DNA from: an uncultured delta proteobacterium
GTDB taxonomy: Bacteria > Desulfobacterota > Desulfomonilia > UBA1062
Reading direction: 5' to 3'
DNA: 64,000 bases
Assembly: GCA_963785235.1 (NCBI GenBank)
Contig: CAWAUM010000001.1
Location: forward strand, 448,001-512,000
The notes beneath the pieces were generated by a model, which searched no databases, was not told the origin of the DNA, and was given only the letters and a program-made list of their open reading frames with translations. The position numbers were made by a program, and so were the translations under genes. Position 1 is the stretch's first letter. Every line of letters begins with the position of its first letter. This document shows positions 32,274 through 42,236 of this stretch, piece by piece.

Positions 32274-33580
32274 CTAGACCTTCCTGTTATAGATGCGCTG
32301 GAACTCCTTCTTCAGATCACCCCTGAAGTCCGGGTGGGCAATGGTGATGAGGGCCTTGGCCCTTGCCGGGACGGATTTACCCCTGAGATCTGCGATGCCG
32401 TATTCGGTCACCACGTAGTGGATGTCGCTGCGGGTGGTGGTGACAACGGCCCCCTCGTCCAGGTGCGGCACGATCCGCGAGATCTTGTCTCCCGATGCCG
32501 TGGAGTGGAAGGCCAGGATGGAGCGGCCGCCCTTTGACCATGCTGCGCCCCTGATGAAGTCGGCCTGTCCGCCGGTGCCGCTGAATTGTTTGTACCCGAT
32601 GGACTCGGAGGCCGCCTGTCCGGTGAGGTCCACCTGGAGCGTGGAGTTGACGGAGACCATGTTGTTGTTCTGGGCGATGATGGCAGGGTTGTTGGTGTAG
32701 TCCACGGAGAACATCTGGACCATGGGGTTGTTGTGCACAAACTTGTAGAGCTTCTCGGTGCCCATGAAGAAGGTGGCCACCATCTTGCCCGGGTGGAAGT
32801 TCTTCTTGGCGCAGGTGATGACGCCGGCTTCCACCAGGTCCACCACGCCGTCCGAGAACATCTCGGTGTGGATGCCCAGGTCTTTTTTCTGTTTCAGGAA
32901 ACCCAGGATGGAGTCGGGTACGGCGCCGATTCCGAGCTGGAGGCAATCGCCGTCTCTGATGAGCTCCGCACAGTAACCGCCGATCTTCTCGTCGATCTCC
33001 TGATATCCTTGGCGGCTGCAGTATGATGGGGCTGGAGTCGCGTCTCAACGATGCAGTCAATCTGTGAGACATGGATGAAGGCGTCACCCAGAGTCCTGGG
33101 CATGTTCGGCGTCACCTCTGCGATTACGAGCTTGGAGCTCTCTGCCGCGGGCTTGGTATAGTCCACCGAAACGCCGAAGGAACAGAAACCGTGCTCATCC
33201 GGCAGGGAGACCATGCACAGGGTGACATCCACAGGCAGGATCTTTTCAATGAACAGCCTGGGGATCTGGCTGAAATGGGACACGGTGAAACAGGCCCTGC
33301 CGTCATGGATGGCCTTGCGTGTTGTGGCGCCTGCAAACAGCGAGTTATGCACAAAGTGCTTTTCCATCTCGGGCAGGCAGTATTCAGAGGCGCCCATGGA
33401 GACCATGTGCACGATCTCCACGTTCTTGTAGGCATCTTTGTTCTTCACAAGGGCCTTTAACAGGACCTCGGGAGATCCGCTGGCATGTGCCACCACGACC
33501 CGGTTGCCGGACTTGATGCGGCTCACCGCCTCATGTGCACTGACGACCCTGCTTTTGTAGATCTCACGCCAGTTTTTCAA
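32274..33580 (-). CDS. abfT: 4-hydroxybutyrate CoA-transferase (acetyl-CoA hydrolase/transferase family), 2 frameshifts
   Basis: CSFGVSVDY, PNMPRTLGD, LQLGIGA.P, LGIHTEMF, SGTGGQADF.RGA, VVTEYGIA.LRGK. Confidence 0.88.
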
Positions 33581-33864
33581 CGCCTACTCCTTTGTTGTGG
33601 TTTTCAATTACCTTTATTTCCGCCATCCATCGCTCTGCATCTTCGGGGCTCGTGATGTAGCGTATGGGGACCTCGCTCACATTATCATCGAGTTTTGCAC
33701 AGGCGCTCGAACATCCGGTCACGATCACAATCATCTGTGCATCCTCGCTGTCCGCAGCAACAAATTCCACCTCTTGTGCAAGCCGTTCCCGTATGGAATC
33801 CACCATACGCGACACGGTCGTAGCCGGCCCGGCAGCCGCCGCAATACTTCAGGCCTACCTTTAT
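33564..33864 (-). CDS. small Cys-rich hypothetical protein (YCGGC...GCxxxC), frameshifted, start uncertain
   Basis: KVGLKYCGGCRAGYDRV joined to MVDSIRERL...VIVTGCSSACAK. Confidence 0.65.
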
Positions 33865-35319
33865 CTTTCCTTGTCGATCCCGCACAGGTACTTGGCAATC
33901 TTCTGTTTGCTCTTCATGTTTACCAGCCTGGCGATCATGATCCGCTGGGCCTGGGGTGAACCTGCCCCATGCATGGACTCGGTGAGGTAGCCCACTGCTG
34001 CGGTGCCCATGGTGATGTTCTCGATGAGCCTTAATATCCTCATCCTGTACTCTGTGGGGACGTCGGCCTTTGTCTGGTAATATTTCTTCACCCACTTGCC
34101 CACCACCGGGGAATTGATGTCTGCCTCCGATGGGCAGGTAACCACCAGACCGCCTGCGATATCCTGGGCAAGCCGGGCGATCTCATAGGGGAAACGCGTG
34201 ACATTCTGCTTGTGCACATTGGCCAGAAGCACATCCACCAGATAGGTCCCGCTTGCCTCCTTGTGGCCCTCTGACGCGCAGGCGATGCAGCCGCAGAACA
34301 GTGTCTCGTTCAGGTGGTTCATCTCCACGATCTTGTCTTTTACATGGGATGCCTTCTCCGCCCCGTTGTACTCCGCAATGGTCTGGGTTGCGCCGATCAG
34401 GACATCGCCCACGCCCACCTTGCATGCGTAGCTCTGGCGGTGGTAGGCGGAGAAGCTCTCCACGAGCTGCGTGGTGAAGTCATATTCCTTGTACATGAAG
34501 ACCCGCTCCCAGGGCACGAAGACATCCTCGAAGACCACCAGCGCCTCATGGCCGCCATAGTACATGTTGCCCCGGTCAAAGGTCATGCCTTCGAGCTTCC
34601 GGGTATCGCAGGACTGGCGGCCCATGATGTAGGTGATGCCGGCCGTATCGCTCGGGACCGCAAAGGCAACCGCATAATCCTTGTCCTCTTCCCTCATGGT
34701 GATGGTGGGCATCACGATGATCTCATGGGAGTTGACCGCGCCGGTCTGGTGGGCCTTCGACCCCCTGACCACGATGCCGTCTTTGCGCTCTTCCACCACA
34801 TGGAGGAACATGTCGGGGTCGAACTGCTTGTGGGGAGGCTGCGAGCGGTCACCCTTGGTGTCGGTCATGGCCCCGTCGCAGACCAGGTCGTTCTCCTGGA
34901 CGTATGCAAGGAACTTCAAAAAGCGCTTGTTGTACTCGCGTGCCGTACTTGGCATCGATGGCATGGGTGGTGATGGACAGGGCATTCATGGCGTCCATGC
35001 CCACGCAGCGCTGGAAGCAGCATGCGGTGAGCGAGCCCAGAAGCCTGCCCATCTTGCTCTTCTTCACCAGGTCATCCACACTCTGGTGGATATGGGTGAA
35101 GCGGTTGATCTTCTTGCCCGTGAGGTGGGACTTGGCCGTCATGATATCTTCATATTCAGGCCTGTGGGCAAATTCGTAGGTGGCTGCAACGGCATTCATG
35201 GATGGCCTTATGATAGGGTCATCCACCACGTTTTCCACCTTCTTGCCGAACATGTACACATTCAGCTTCAGCTTTCTCAAACTCTCTTCATATTCTTTAG
35301 CGTTCATAAGCTTGCTCAT
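33861..35319 (-). CDS. abfD: 4-hydroxybutyryl-CoA dehydratase/vinylacetyl-CoA isomerase (1 frameshift)
   Basis: INRFTH, CFQRCVGMDA, GAMTD.KGDR, KAHQTG, YHRQSY, HLNETLFC, TESMHGAGSPQAQ. The [4Fe-4S] ligand positions are present. Confidence 0.95.
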
Positions 35320-35420
35320 ACGATCCTCCGTTTGTGCTATTCCTTGGATCAGGTTTGATTCTTTAGGGTTGCTGTAAAGTTATTATCATTAGGATGTTCA
35401 AGTAACCCCTGCCACTTAGT

Positions 35421-35436
35421 TACAAGAAGGGTGCCA
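35421..35436 (-). promoter_or_regulatory. sigma54 (-24/-12) promoter of the abfD operon
   Basis: Minus strand TGGCAC-CCTTC-TTGTA (GG at -24, GT variant at -12), ~100 nt upstream of the abfD ATG and next to a bEBP gene. Confidence 0.7.
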
Positions 35437-35546
35437 TGGTGTGCCGTTTGTATGACAATAGTAAATAAGATTAATAAAGTTAGATAAATATGAGGGTGGT
35501 TCCTTGGTGAGGACGGTAAAATTAGAGAGAACAAAGGACTAATAAT

Positions 35547-35736
35547 AATGCAAAAAAGCATCGGCAATCGATTGACGCAGATCCAATAGCTTATTATTAT
35601 AGGTTATAGTTGAACATAATGCCCATCGATGCAAAAATGCATTTGATTTGAAATCGATGCCTTGTATCGAATCCGGAGATCCTGAGTCTCTATGGGGTTA
35701 TCAACTGATCTTTTCTTTATGATGTAAAAATGCATC
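35547..35736. promoter_or_regulatory. three palindromic boxes, candidate upstream activator sequences
   Basis: AATGCAAAAAAGCATC (35547-35562), GATGCAAAAATGCATT (35628-35643), GATGTAAAAATGCATC (35721-35736). Confidence 0.65.
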
Positions 35737-35792
35737 GAAACGGCATCTTAGTTTATTCCAGGGTTTGTGTTTAAGATGAGTAAAAAACTTGA

Positions 35793-35879
35793 TCCGTTAA
35801 AAATCTCAATCTTGCAGCCTTGAAGGACCGATAAAATCAGCATCCTGAGAAAGGCTGCAAGATTGAGATTTTTAACGGA
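35793..35879. repeat. perfect 29-bp inverted repeat with 29-nt loop, related to the 18075 palindrome
   Basis: TCCGTTAAAAATCTCAATCTTGCAGCCTT ... AAGGCTGCAAGATTGAGATTTTTAACGGA. Confidence 0.9.
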
Positions 35880-35931
35880 CCTATTTTAAAAGCAAGTTCA
35901 TCATTCTGATGCCGTATCTTTACATAAGCCT

Positions 35932-37731
35932 TCAGGAATACTTTTTGAGTTTCCGGGTGAGCGATGTGGAGTCCATGCCCAGGTGCGGTGCGGCCTTACG
36001 TGCGCTGCCGTACTTCTCAATGGCCTTCCTGATGATGGAGATTTCGATCTTGTCCATCTGTTCTTTGATGGTCAGACCGTTTTCAATGAATTCCTTGCCG
36101 GTTTTCTCAAAGATCTCTTTCGGGAGGTTATTGGGAAGGATGTAGTCGCCATGGGTGATGACCACCAGGCGCTCAATGACATTGGCTACTTCACGGACAT
36201 TACCCGGCCAGGAATAGGTGAGGAGATGGTCCATTGCCTCTTTTGAAATGACCTTCTTGGTGCCGTGTCTTTTATTATACCGGTTCAGGAAGAAGTGAAC
36301 AAGGTAGGGGATATCATCCCTTCGTTCACGCAGCGGTGGGATGTAGATGGGGATGACATTGAGCCGATAGAAGAGGTCGGCCCGGAACAGTTTCTTGGAT
36401 ATCATGTCTTTTAAATCCTGGTTGGAGGCGCAGATGAGCCTCACATCAACCTTGATGGGTTTGGTGCCGCCGACACGCGTGATATCAAAGTTCTGAAGGA
36501 CCCGCAGCAGCTTTGATTGGAGCAGCATGGGCATGGATTCGACTTCATCAAGGAACAAGGTGCCCTTGTGCGCCACCTCGAAGAGGCCCGGCTTCCCCTC
36601 TTTGCGGGCCCCGGTGAACGCGCCGCGGTCATAGCCGAAAAGCTCGCTCTCAAGCAGGTTCTCCGGGATTGCCCCGCAATTGATCTTCACAAAGATCCCG
36701 CTCTCCGCCCGGTCGGACTTCTCATGGATCTCTTCTGCGACCCGGTCTTTGCCGACACCGGTTTCTCCGTATATGAGCACCGTTGCGTTCGTTCTGCACA
36801 CGCGGTCCAGGAGCTCCTGGATGTGGAGCATGGGCTCCGAAACCATGATGATATCGTTGTCGCGGACCGAGGACTGCTGCAGCGACTTCAGGATATCCCT
36901 GTAGGCGGTTGTCATGCCCTTGGTATGCTCCAGCTGCTGTTGGAGCTCCACGAGCCCGGTCATGTCGCGGACATTGGTGACGATCATCTTGACCTTGCCG
37001 TTCTTGTCAAAGATGGGATTCCCGGTTACCAGGATGCTCTTGCCTGATTTCAGCGTCTGCTGGATCGTCACGGGCTTTTTCTGTTCTTTTACCTTCAGGC
37101 TCACGCTCTCGTCAAAGACCCCTTGTTTCACGAGATCCTGCATATTCTTACCTATGAGTTCGGAGGCCTTCATGCCAGTGATCTTTTCATAGGCCGAGTT
37201 GACCCGTATGGTGTTCGCATCACCATCGGTCACATAGATGCCGTCATAGGAAGACTCGATGATGGCCTCGATCTCGTGGGTATATTCTTTCATCTTGAAG
37301 ATGTCGTTGGCAAGCTCCTCATAGGTCTCCAGGAGTTTGAAGACGCTCATGACCCCGGCGATGTGTCCGTTTAAGAGGATAGGGAGTCGGTGGCTGACCA
37401 GAGGGGTCCCATCATGCTGGGCCGGCACATTGAGCTGAGGTTCGCCTGTTTCAATGATAGCAAGGTATTCCTTCCAGAGATCTTTGTCGATATCGTGGAT
37501 TCTTACCGCCCCATTCGACAGGTTCTGGTGAAAATTAAGTAAAGACCTTGCAAAAGGATTTATGAACAACACATATCCCTGACAATCTGTAGCAATAATC
37601 CCGAAATTGGCTGAGTTCAGGATCGTTTCGCAAAGGACCTCTGCCGGTATTGGTTGATCGCATTTCTGTGGGTGGTGATGCAGATCTGCATTTGAGTTTT
37701 TTAACGGGCTGTTTTCAGATTTTTTCTTCAT
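35932..37731 (-). CDS. sigma54-dependent activator (PAS-PAS-AAA+-HTH)
   Basis: GETGVGKD, INCGAIPENLLESELFG, GAFTGA, FRADLFYRLNV, WPGNVRE, C-terminal HTH. Confidence 0.95.
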   Translation of the reverse strand: MKKKSENSPLKNSNADLHHHPQKCDQPIPAEVLCETILNSANFGIIATDCQGYVLFINPFARSLLNFHQNLSNGAVRIHDIDKDLWKEYLAIIETGEPQLNVPAQHDGTPLVSHRLPILLNGHIAGVMSVFKLLETYEELANDIFKMKEYTHEIEAIIESSYDGIYVTDGDANTIRVNSAYEKITGMKASELIGKNMQDLVKQGVFDESVSLKVKEQKKPVTIQQTLKSGKSILVTGNPIFDKNGKVKMIVTNVRDMTGLVELQQQLEHTKGMTTAYRDILKSLQQSSVRDNDIIMVSEPMLHIQELLDRVCRTNATVLIYGETGVGKDRVAEEIHEKSDRAESGIFVKINCGAIPENLLESELFGYDRGAFTGARKEGKPGLFEVAHKGTLFLDEVESMPMLLQSKLLRVLQNFDITRVGGTKPIKVDVRLICASNQDLKDMISKKLFRADLFYRLNVIPIYIPPLRERRDDIPYLVHFFLNRYNKRHGTKKVISKEAMDHLLTYSWPGNVREVANVIERLVVITHGDYILPNNLPKEIFEKTGKEFIENGLTIKEQMDKIEISIIRKAIEKYGSARKAAPHLGMDSTSLTRKLKKYS

Positions 37732-37909
37732 AGTGAATAGCGGTTCATCAGGTAGTTAATTTTTATCAAATCTTAGTTCTCCTGTTTAGCTAATAGTTGC
37801 CATATGTCATGATGTCAATAATCAGTACAAACTGTTGTATTATGAAGATGAAGTTTTATAACCTAGTGACGGATTGTATGAGTGTGGCGATTGTGATAAG
37901 GGTGCGGCC

Positions 37910-38834
37910 ATGAAGGCGGCAGTCATTGGTGCGGCGAGAAATCATAATGGCATCGGAGAGTACATTGCCAAATATCTCCATGAAAACGATGTAGAGGTAG
38001 CGTGTATTCTGGGTTCAACGCACATCAGCGCGTCTTCAGCAGCGGCCAATCTCACCAAGCATGGCATTAAGGCAAGGGCCTATACAAGCTTTTCGCAGAT
38101 GATGCGGGATGCCCGGATAGATTGCGTTGCAATTGCATCACCCTCACATACCCACAAGCAGTTTATCGAGGAGTGCATTGATGAGGGTGTGCATATCTTC
38201 TGCGAAAAGCCGTTTATATCTCCGGATATGCCCCATCAGGATGCATGGATTGAGAATGCCTTCTTTCGGGCGCAAGAAAAGGGGATAGTGATTGCCATGA
38301 ACTCTCAATGGCCTTTCTGCCTGCCCTACTATGAAGAACTCTGCGGTATGACCTGACTCTGAAGGAATAAAGGAGTTCTCTATACGGCTATCCCCACTTT
38401 CCCTGGGAAGGGAGATGATCCCTGATTCCGTACCTCATGCCCTGAGCCTTTTGTATTCCGCAGCAGGCACTGGGACAATTGATGACCTGGCCTTTGACAA
38501 GGGAGATGATGCATTGAAGATAAGATTCAATTACCTTGCCGAGCAAAAAAGATGTGAAGTAATGATAGACATGGTAAGGGAAATTGAACAACCCAGGACG
38601 TTTTCCTTCGGGTTCAACGGCTTAATTGTAAGGAGGCACATCGATCTTGGGACATATACATTACACTTGACTTATAAGGATAAAATCCTGAAGATAGCAG
38701 ATCCGCTGGGGCTTTCCGTTCGCGATTTCGTCATTGCCGCTCGAACCGGGGGCGAACCGCTGCTGGGAACGCGGCACATAAGGCATACCGCCTCGATGCT
38801 CCGGCAGATCTATGCAGAATACTCAGGTGCATAA
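37910..38834 (+). CDS. Gfo/Idh/MocA family oxidoreductase (1 frameshift)
   Basis: MKAAVIGA, DCVAIASPSHTH, HIFCEKP, DSVPHALS. Confidence 0.82.
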
Positions 38835-38843
38835 GGGGAATCA

Positions 38844-40061
38844 ATGGAACGATTGGAACAAAAAGAGCATGACTTCAGCGCAAAACTCAGGCAGGCATCA
38901 GTGGTTGAGGGCCTGAAAGAATATATAACCTGGCAGCGTACTGTAAGGAAATCTCCCGATGGAGCCCTGTTTCCGAAATATGGCCCCCTTTCCATTAACC
39001 TGGACCTGACTACGGCATGCAATTTCTCCTGCCCTCACTGCGTTGATTCGAAAATACTCAACAGCGGCGATTACCTGGATCTGGAGACCGTAAAGCGCAG
39101 TATCGAAACATTGCACAAGAGCGGCATGCGCTCCGTTATCATTATCGGTGGCGGAGAACCTACAATCCATAAGAACTTCGAGGAGATCGTGAGGTTCATC
39201 AGTGATCACGGGCTTCAGGTCGGCCTTGTAACAAACGGTTCCCGGCTCGACAAGGTTGCATCCATAGCGGAAATGCTCAAGGATGGCGATTGGCTGAGGA
39301 TATCTATCGATGCCGGAAAAGAGAGTACCTTTTTCAAGTCTCACAGACCCCGGGGAAGAGTCTCTCTTGAGAGTATTCTGGGTAATGCGCGGCAGGTCAA
39401 AAGGCTTAATAGCAAAATAACCCTGGGCTACTCATATGTTATAGCATGGGAAGGGATTTCGGTGAATGGTCATGAGCTCACCGCAAACATCAATGAGATG
39501 GACCTGGCCGTGAACCTTGCAAAAGAATATGCCTTTGACTATGTTTCATTCAAGCCCTGTTTGCTGCGGCTCGAAAGCTCCCAGAAGGAGTCGCTCTTCG
39601 ATACTCCGGACCATGAGCGGGAGGCGCAGATCATCGAAGACATCAAAAACAAGCTGGCCCAAGTCAAGGAAGCAAGTGGAACTGATCTGAAAATATTGGA
39701 AAGTGTAAATCTGCATGCCATGTTGAATCAGAAGGTTCATGAGCTGAAAATTCAGCCCGAGGTATGCCATAGCCAGTTTTTCAGGACGGTCCTGGCCCCG
39801 GGCGGCATATTCCATTGTCCGGCTTTCAGAGGGGTGGAGCAGGCAAAGATCGGAGACGCATCCGGATATCGGGGCAAGGCGAATCTTGATTTTACCCAGA
39901 AACGTCTGGAACACTCCATCAGGGCGTTTAATGCACAACTCGAATGTTCGCAGATCGCGTGCTTCTATCATCATGTGAACTGGTGGATTGAGAATTTCAT
40001 AGAGTCTGACAATGATGTTGCTGATATTCCTGTTGTGGACAATAATAATTTCTTTTTATAA
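38844..40061 (+). CDS. radical SAM protein with C-terminal Twitch/SPASM-like Cys cluster
   Basis: DLTTACNFSCPHC, GGGEP, TNG, RISIDAG. C-terminal CHSQ...FHCPAFRG...CSQIACFY. Confidence 0.9.
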   Translation: MERLEQKEHDFSAKLRQASVVEGLKEYITWQRTVRKSPDGALFPKYGPLSINLDLTTACNFSCPHCVDSKILNSGDYLDLETVKRSIETLHKSGMRSVIIIGGGEPTIHKNFEEIVRFISDHGLQVGLVTNGSRLDKVASIAEMLKDGDWLRISIDAGKESTFFKSHRPRGRVSLESILGNARQVKRLNSKITLGYSYVIAWEGISVNGHELTANINEMDLAVNLAKEYAFDYVSFKPCLLRLESSQKESLFDTPDHEREAQIIEDIKNKLAQVKEASGTDLKILESVNLHAMLNQKVHELKIQPEVCHSQFFRTVLAPGGIFHCPAFRGVEQAKIGDASGYRGKANLDFTQKRLEHSIRAFNAQLECSQIACFYHHVNWWIENFIESDNDVADIPVVDNNNFFL

Positions 40062-41071
40062 TGGTCATTGATATCAAGGGCATCACTAAGATCTGCGTCA
40101 TACACCTGAACCAGATCGGCGACCTGTGCTTTTCGCTGCCTTTGCTGAAATCGCTGCGTGATCACTTTCCTGAAGCATCGATTCATTCCGTTCTCAGGCC
40201 CTACCTGGAAGGGCTGCTCAGGGACAGCCCCTATGTGGACAGGATTATTCTCCGCAGGGACAGCTATCCGGCCAGGTTCGGTCTTTTAATGACCCTTATA
40301 ATGCAGCATTATGACCTGATCATCACCCTACCGCGCTCTGAAGAGGCGCACATGCTTACAGGACTGAGCGGTGCAAGGGTCAAGGCCGGCTTTGCCCATT
40401 CTCCATGGGATTTGGGTCTGGATGTAAAAGAGGTTATCCAGGGGCACAATTCATGGTTTAACAATGCAGCACTTCTTAAGCGCCTGGGTATCCCCATTGC
40501 ACAGGATAATTATGTGAGTCTCCTGAAGGTTGATGAGCACTCGGAAGTCAAGGGATTACCATGGCGTTATGCCGTTTTTTCGCCTGGAGCATCCAGGCGC
40601 AGACTTGCCAAGGCATGGGATGAGCGGAAGTTTGCCGAAGTGATCTCACGACTCTCCATGGAATTCGGACTGAGTTGTGTTCTTGTGGGCGGGGATGACA
40701 CTGCCGAGTGCACCGGTGCCATCACGACATATGTTGAGAACAACCTGACCGGAGGAGTAAGGCAGGTGGTTGATCTGGCCGGGAAGATAAGCCTCAGGGA
40801 ACTCACCGTAGTCCTCAAAAAGGCAAAGCTTTTTGTAGGCATTGATTCCGGGGTTATGCATATGGCTTCATCGCTCGATATCCCCACTGTGGGGATTTTC
40901 GGTCCTACTGATCCGTTCTATGTGGCGCCTCAGAACAAAAAAAGCATGGTGGTGAGACAAGACCTCGCCTGTTCTCCCTGTTACCTGAAGACACCCTGCA
41001 ACAATAGAAGATGCCTTGAAGAACTTGACCCGCCGGCGGTTCTGGAGGCATGCAGAAGGGTATTGCAATAA
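40061..41071 (+). CDS. GT9 glycosyltransferase (LPS heptosyltransferase family)
   Basis: IGDL, PGAS..AKAW, DLAGK.SL.EL, GIDSGVMHMA, GIFGPT, CSPC. TAATG coupling to the radical SAM gene. Confidence 0.92.
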   Translation: MVIDIKGITKICVIHLNQIGDLCFSLPLLKSLRDHFPEASIHSVLRPYLEGLLRDSPYVDRIILRRDSYPARFGLLMTLIMQHYDLIITLPRSEEAHMLTGLSGARVKAGFAHSPWDLGLDVKEVIQGHNSWFNNAALLKRLGIPIAQDNYVSLLKVDEHSEVKGLPWRYAVFSPGASRRRLAKAWDERKFAEVISRLSMEFGLSCVLVGGDDTAECTGAITTYVENNLTGGVRQVVDLAGKISLRELTVVLKKAKLFVGIDSGVMHMASSLDIPTVGIFGPTDPFYVAPQNKKSMVVRQDLACSPCYLKTPCNNRRCLEELDPPAVLEACRRVLQ

Positions 41072-41082
41072 GGTATCGAGGC

Positions 41083-42055
41083 TTACATCCGCTCCTGCAG
41101 AATTTCCTCAAGAGCATCCAGCACCATCTCTGCAGTAATCCCTTTCATGCAAATCGGATTTTCGCATTGCCTCCGGTTACATGGCATGCAGTCCAAGTCC
41201 TGCCTGACGACCCTGCCTCTCAAAGGCCCTGTCCTCTTGGGATTGGTGGGCCCGATGAGTGCGATGACTTCTTTGTCCAGCGCCACTGCAAGGTGCATGG
41301 GGCCGGTATCGCAGGTAACGACGGCTGCGGCGCCTGACGATTATCTCAGAGAGATCCTGAAACGAGGTTTTTCCCACAAGGTTAACGATGTTATCCCCTG
41401 CCATGGACTCGATGCGGTGGGCCATGGGTTCATCCGCAGGGCCTCCGGTAAGAACGGCTTGCACTGCATAGCGATGCACGAGTCCTTGCGCGAGCGATGC
41501 GAATCCCTCAGGGGTCCATCGTTTTGCACTCGTGGTGGCGCCGATGTTGAGAACCACATATTTCCCCGGGAGATCGACCGGAATCTTTCCTGTAGTTGCT
41601 ATGTCCCATCTGATCTCAGAGGGGGTTGCTCCGAGATAGCGCGCAAATTCGAGGTACTGGTGCGCCATATGCACGGTAGGATCGGAGGCAGGGATTCGCT
41701 CGAAGGGAAAGAGCCAGGTAAATTCCTTGCACCTCGCCTTGTCAAATCCTATTTTCCGCTCACTTTTAGAGGCCATGCAGAACAGGCCCGACTTGATGAG
41801 ACGCTGAAGGTCAAGGGCAATGTCGAACTCCTCGGACTGGAGCTCCTTGAGAACAACGTTCAGCGCCCGGGGCCAATGCTTTTTATCAAAGAGGATGGCC
41901 CTTTCCACGCTTGAATGTGAGGAAACAAGCGGGTAGCTCAAAGGCTCCACAAGCCAGTGTATGCGCGCGTGAAGCTTCTCATGAAGCGTAATAGCTAAAG
42001 GCAGGGTATTGATGACATCGCCTAAGGCGCCGAGTTTAATAAAGAGGATTTTCAT
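41083..42055 (-). CDS. GT9 glycosyltransferase (heptosyltransferase I-like), 1 frameshift
   Basis: KLGALGDV, DLQRLIKS, AKRW, DTGPMHLAVAL, IGPTNP.RTGP, CMPC. Confidence 0.9.
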
Positions 42056-42236
42056 TGCATATCGTCTGTGAATGATTTTAGCACTCTATAGCACTGTTGG
42101 CATGAGAAACAAAGCATTGATAGGATATCTAAGGACATCAGTTGGTTGATGCGCTTGATTGCAGCACCGCTTTGATGGTATGCCATGCACGGCCCAAAGT
42201 ATGATTGGTGCGGATTCATGATGTCATGGAAGGGAT

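Noticed and set aside
38350-38362. TGA codons in the Gfo/Idh/MocA gene, considered as selenocysteine
   Set aside because: The protein continues in a shifted frame (PDSEGIKEF...), so it is a frameshift rather than readthrough.
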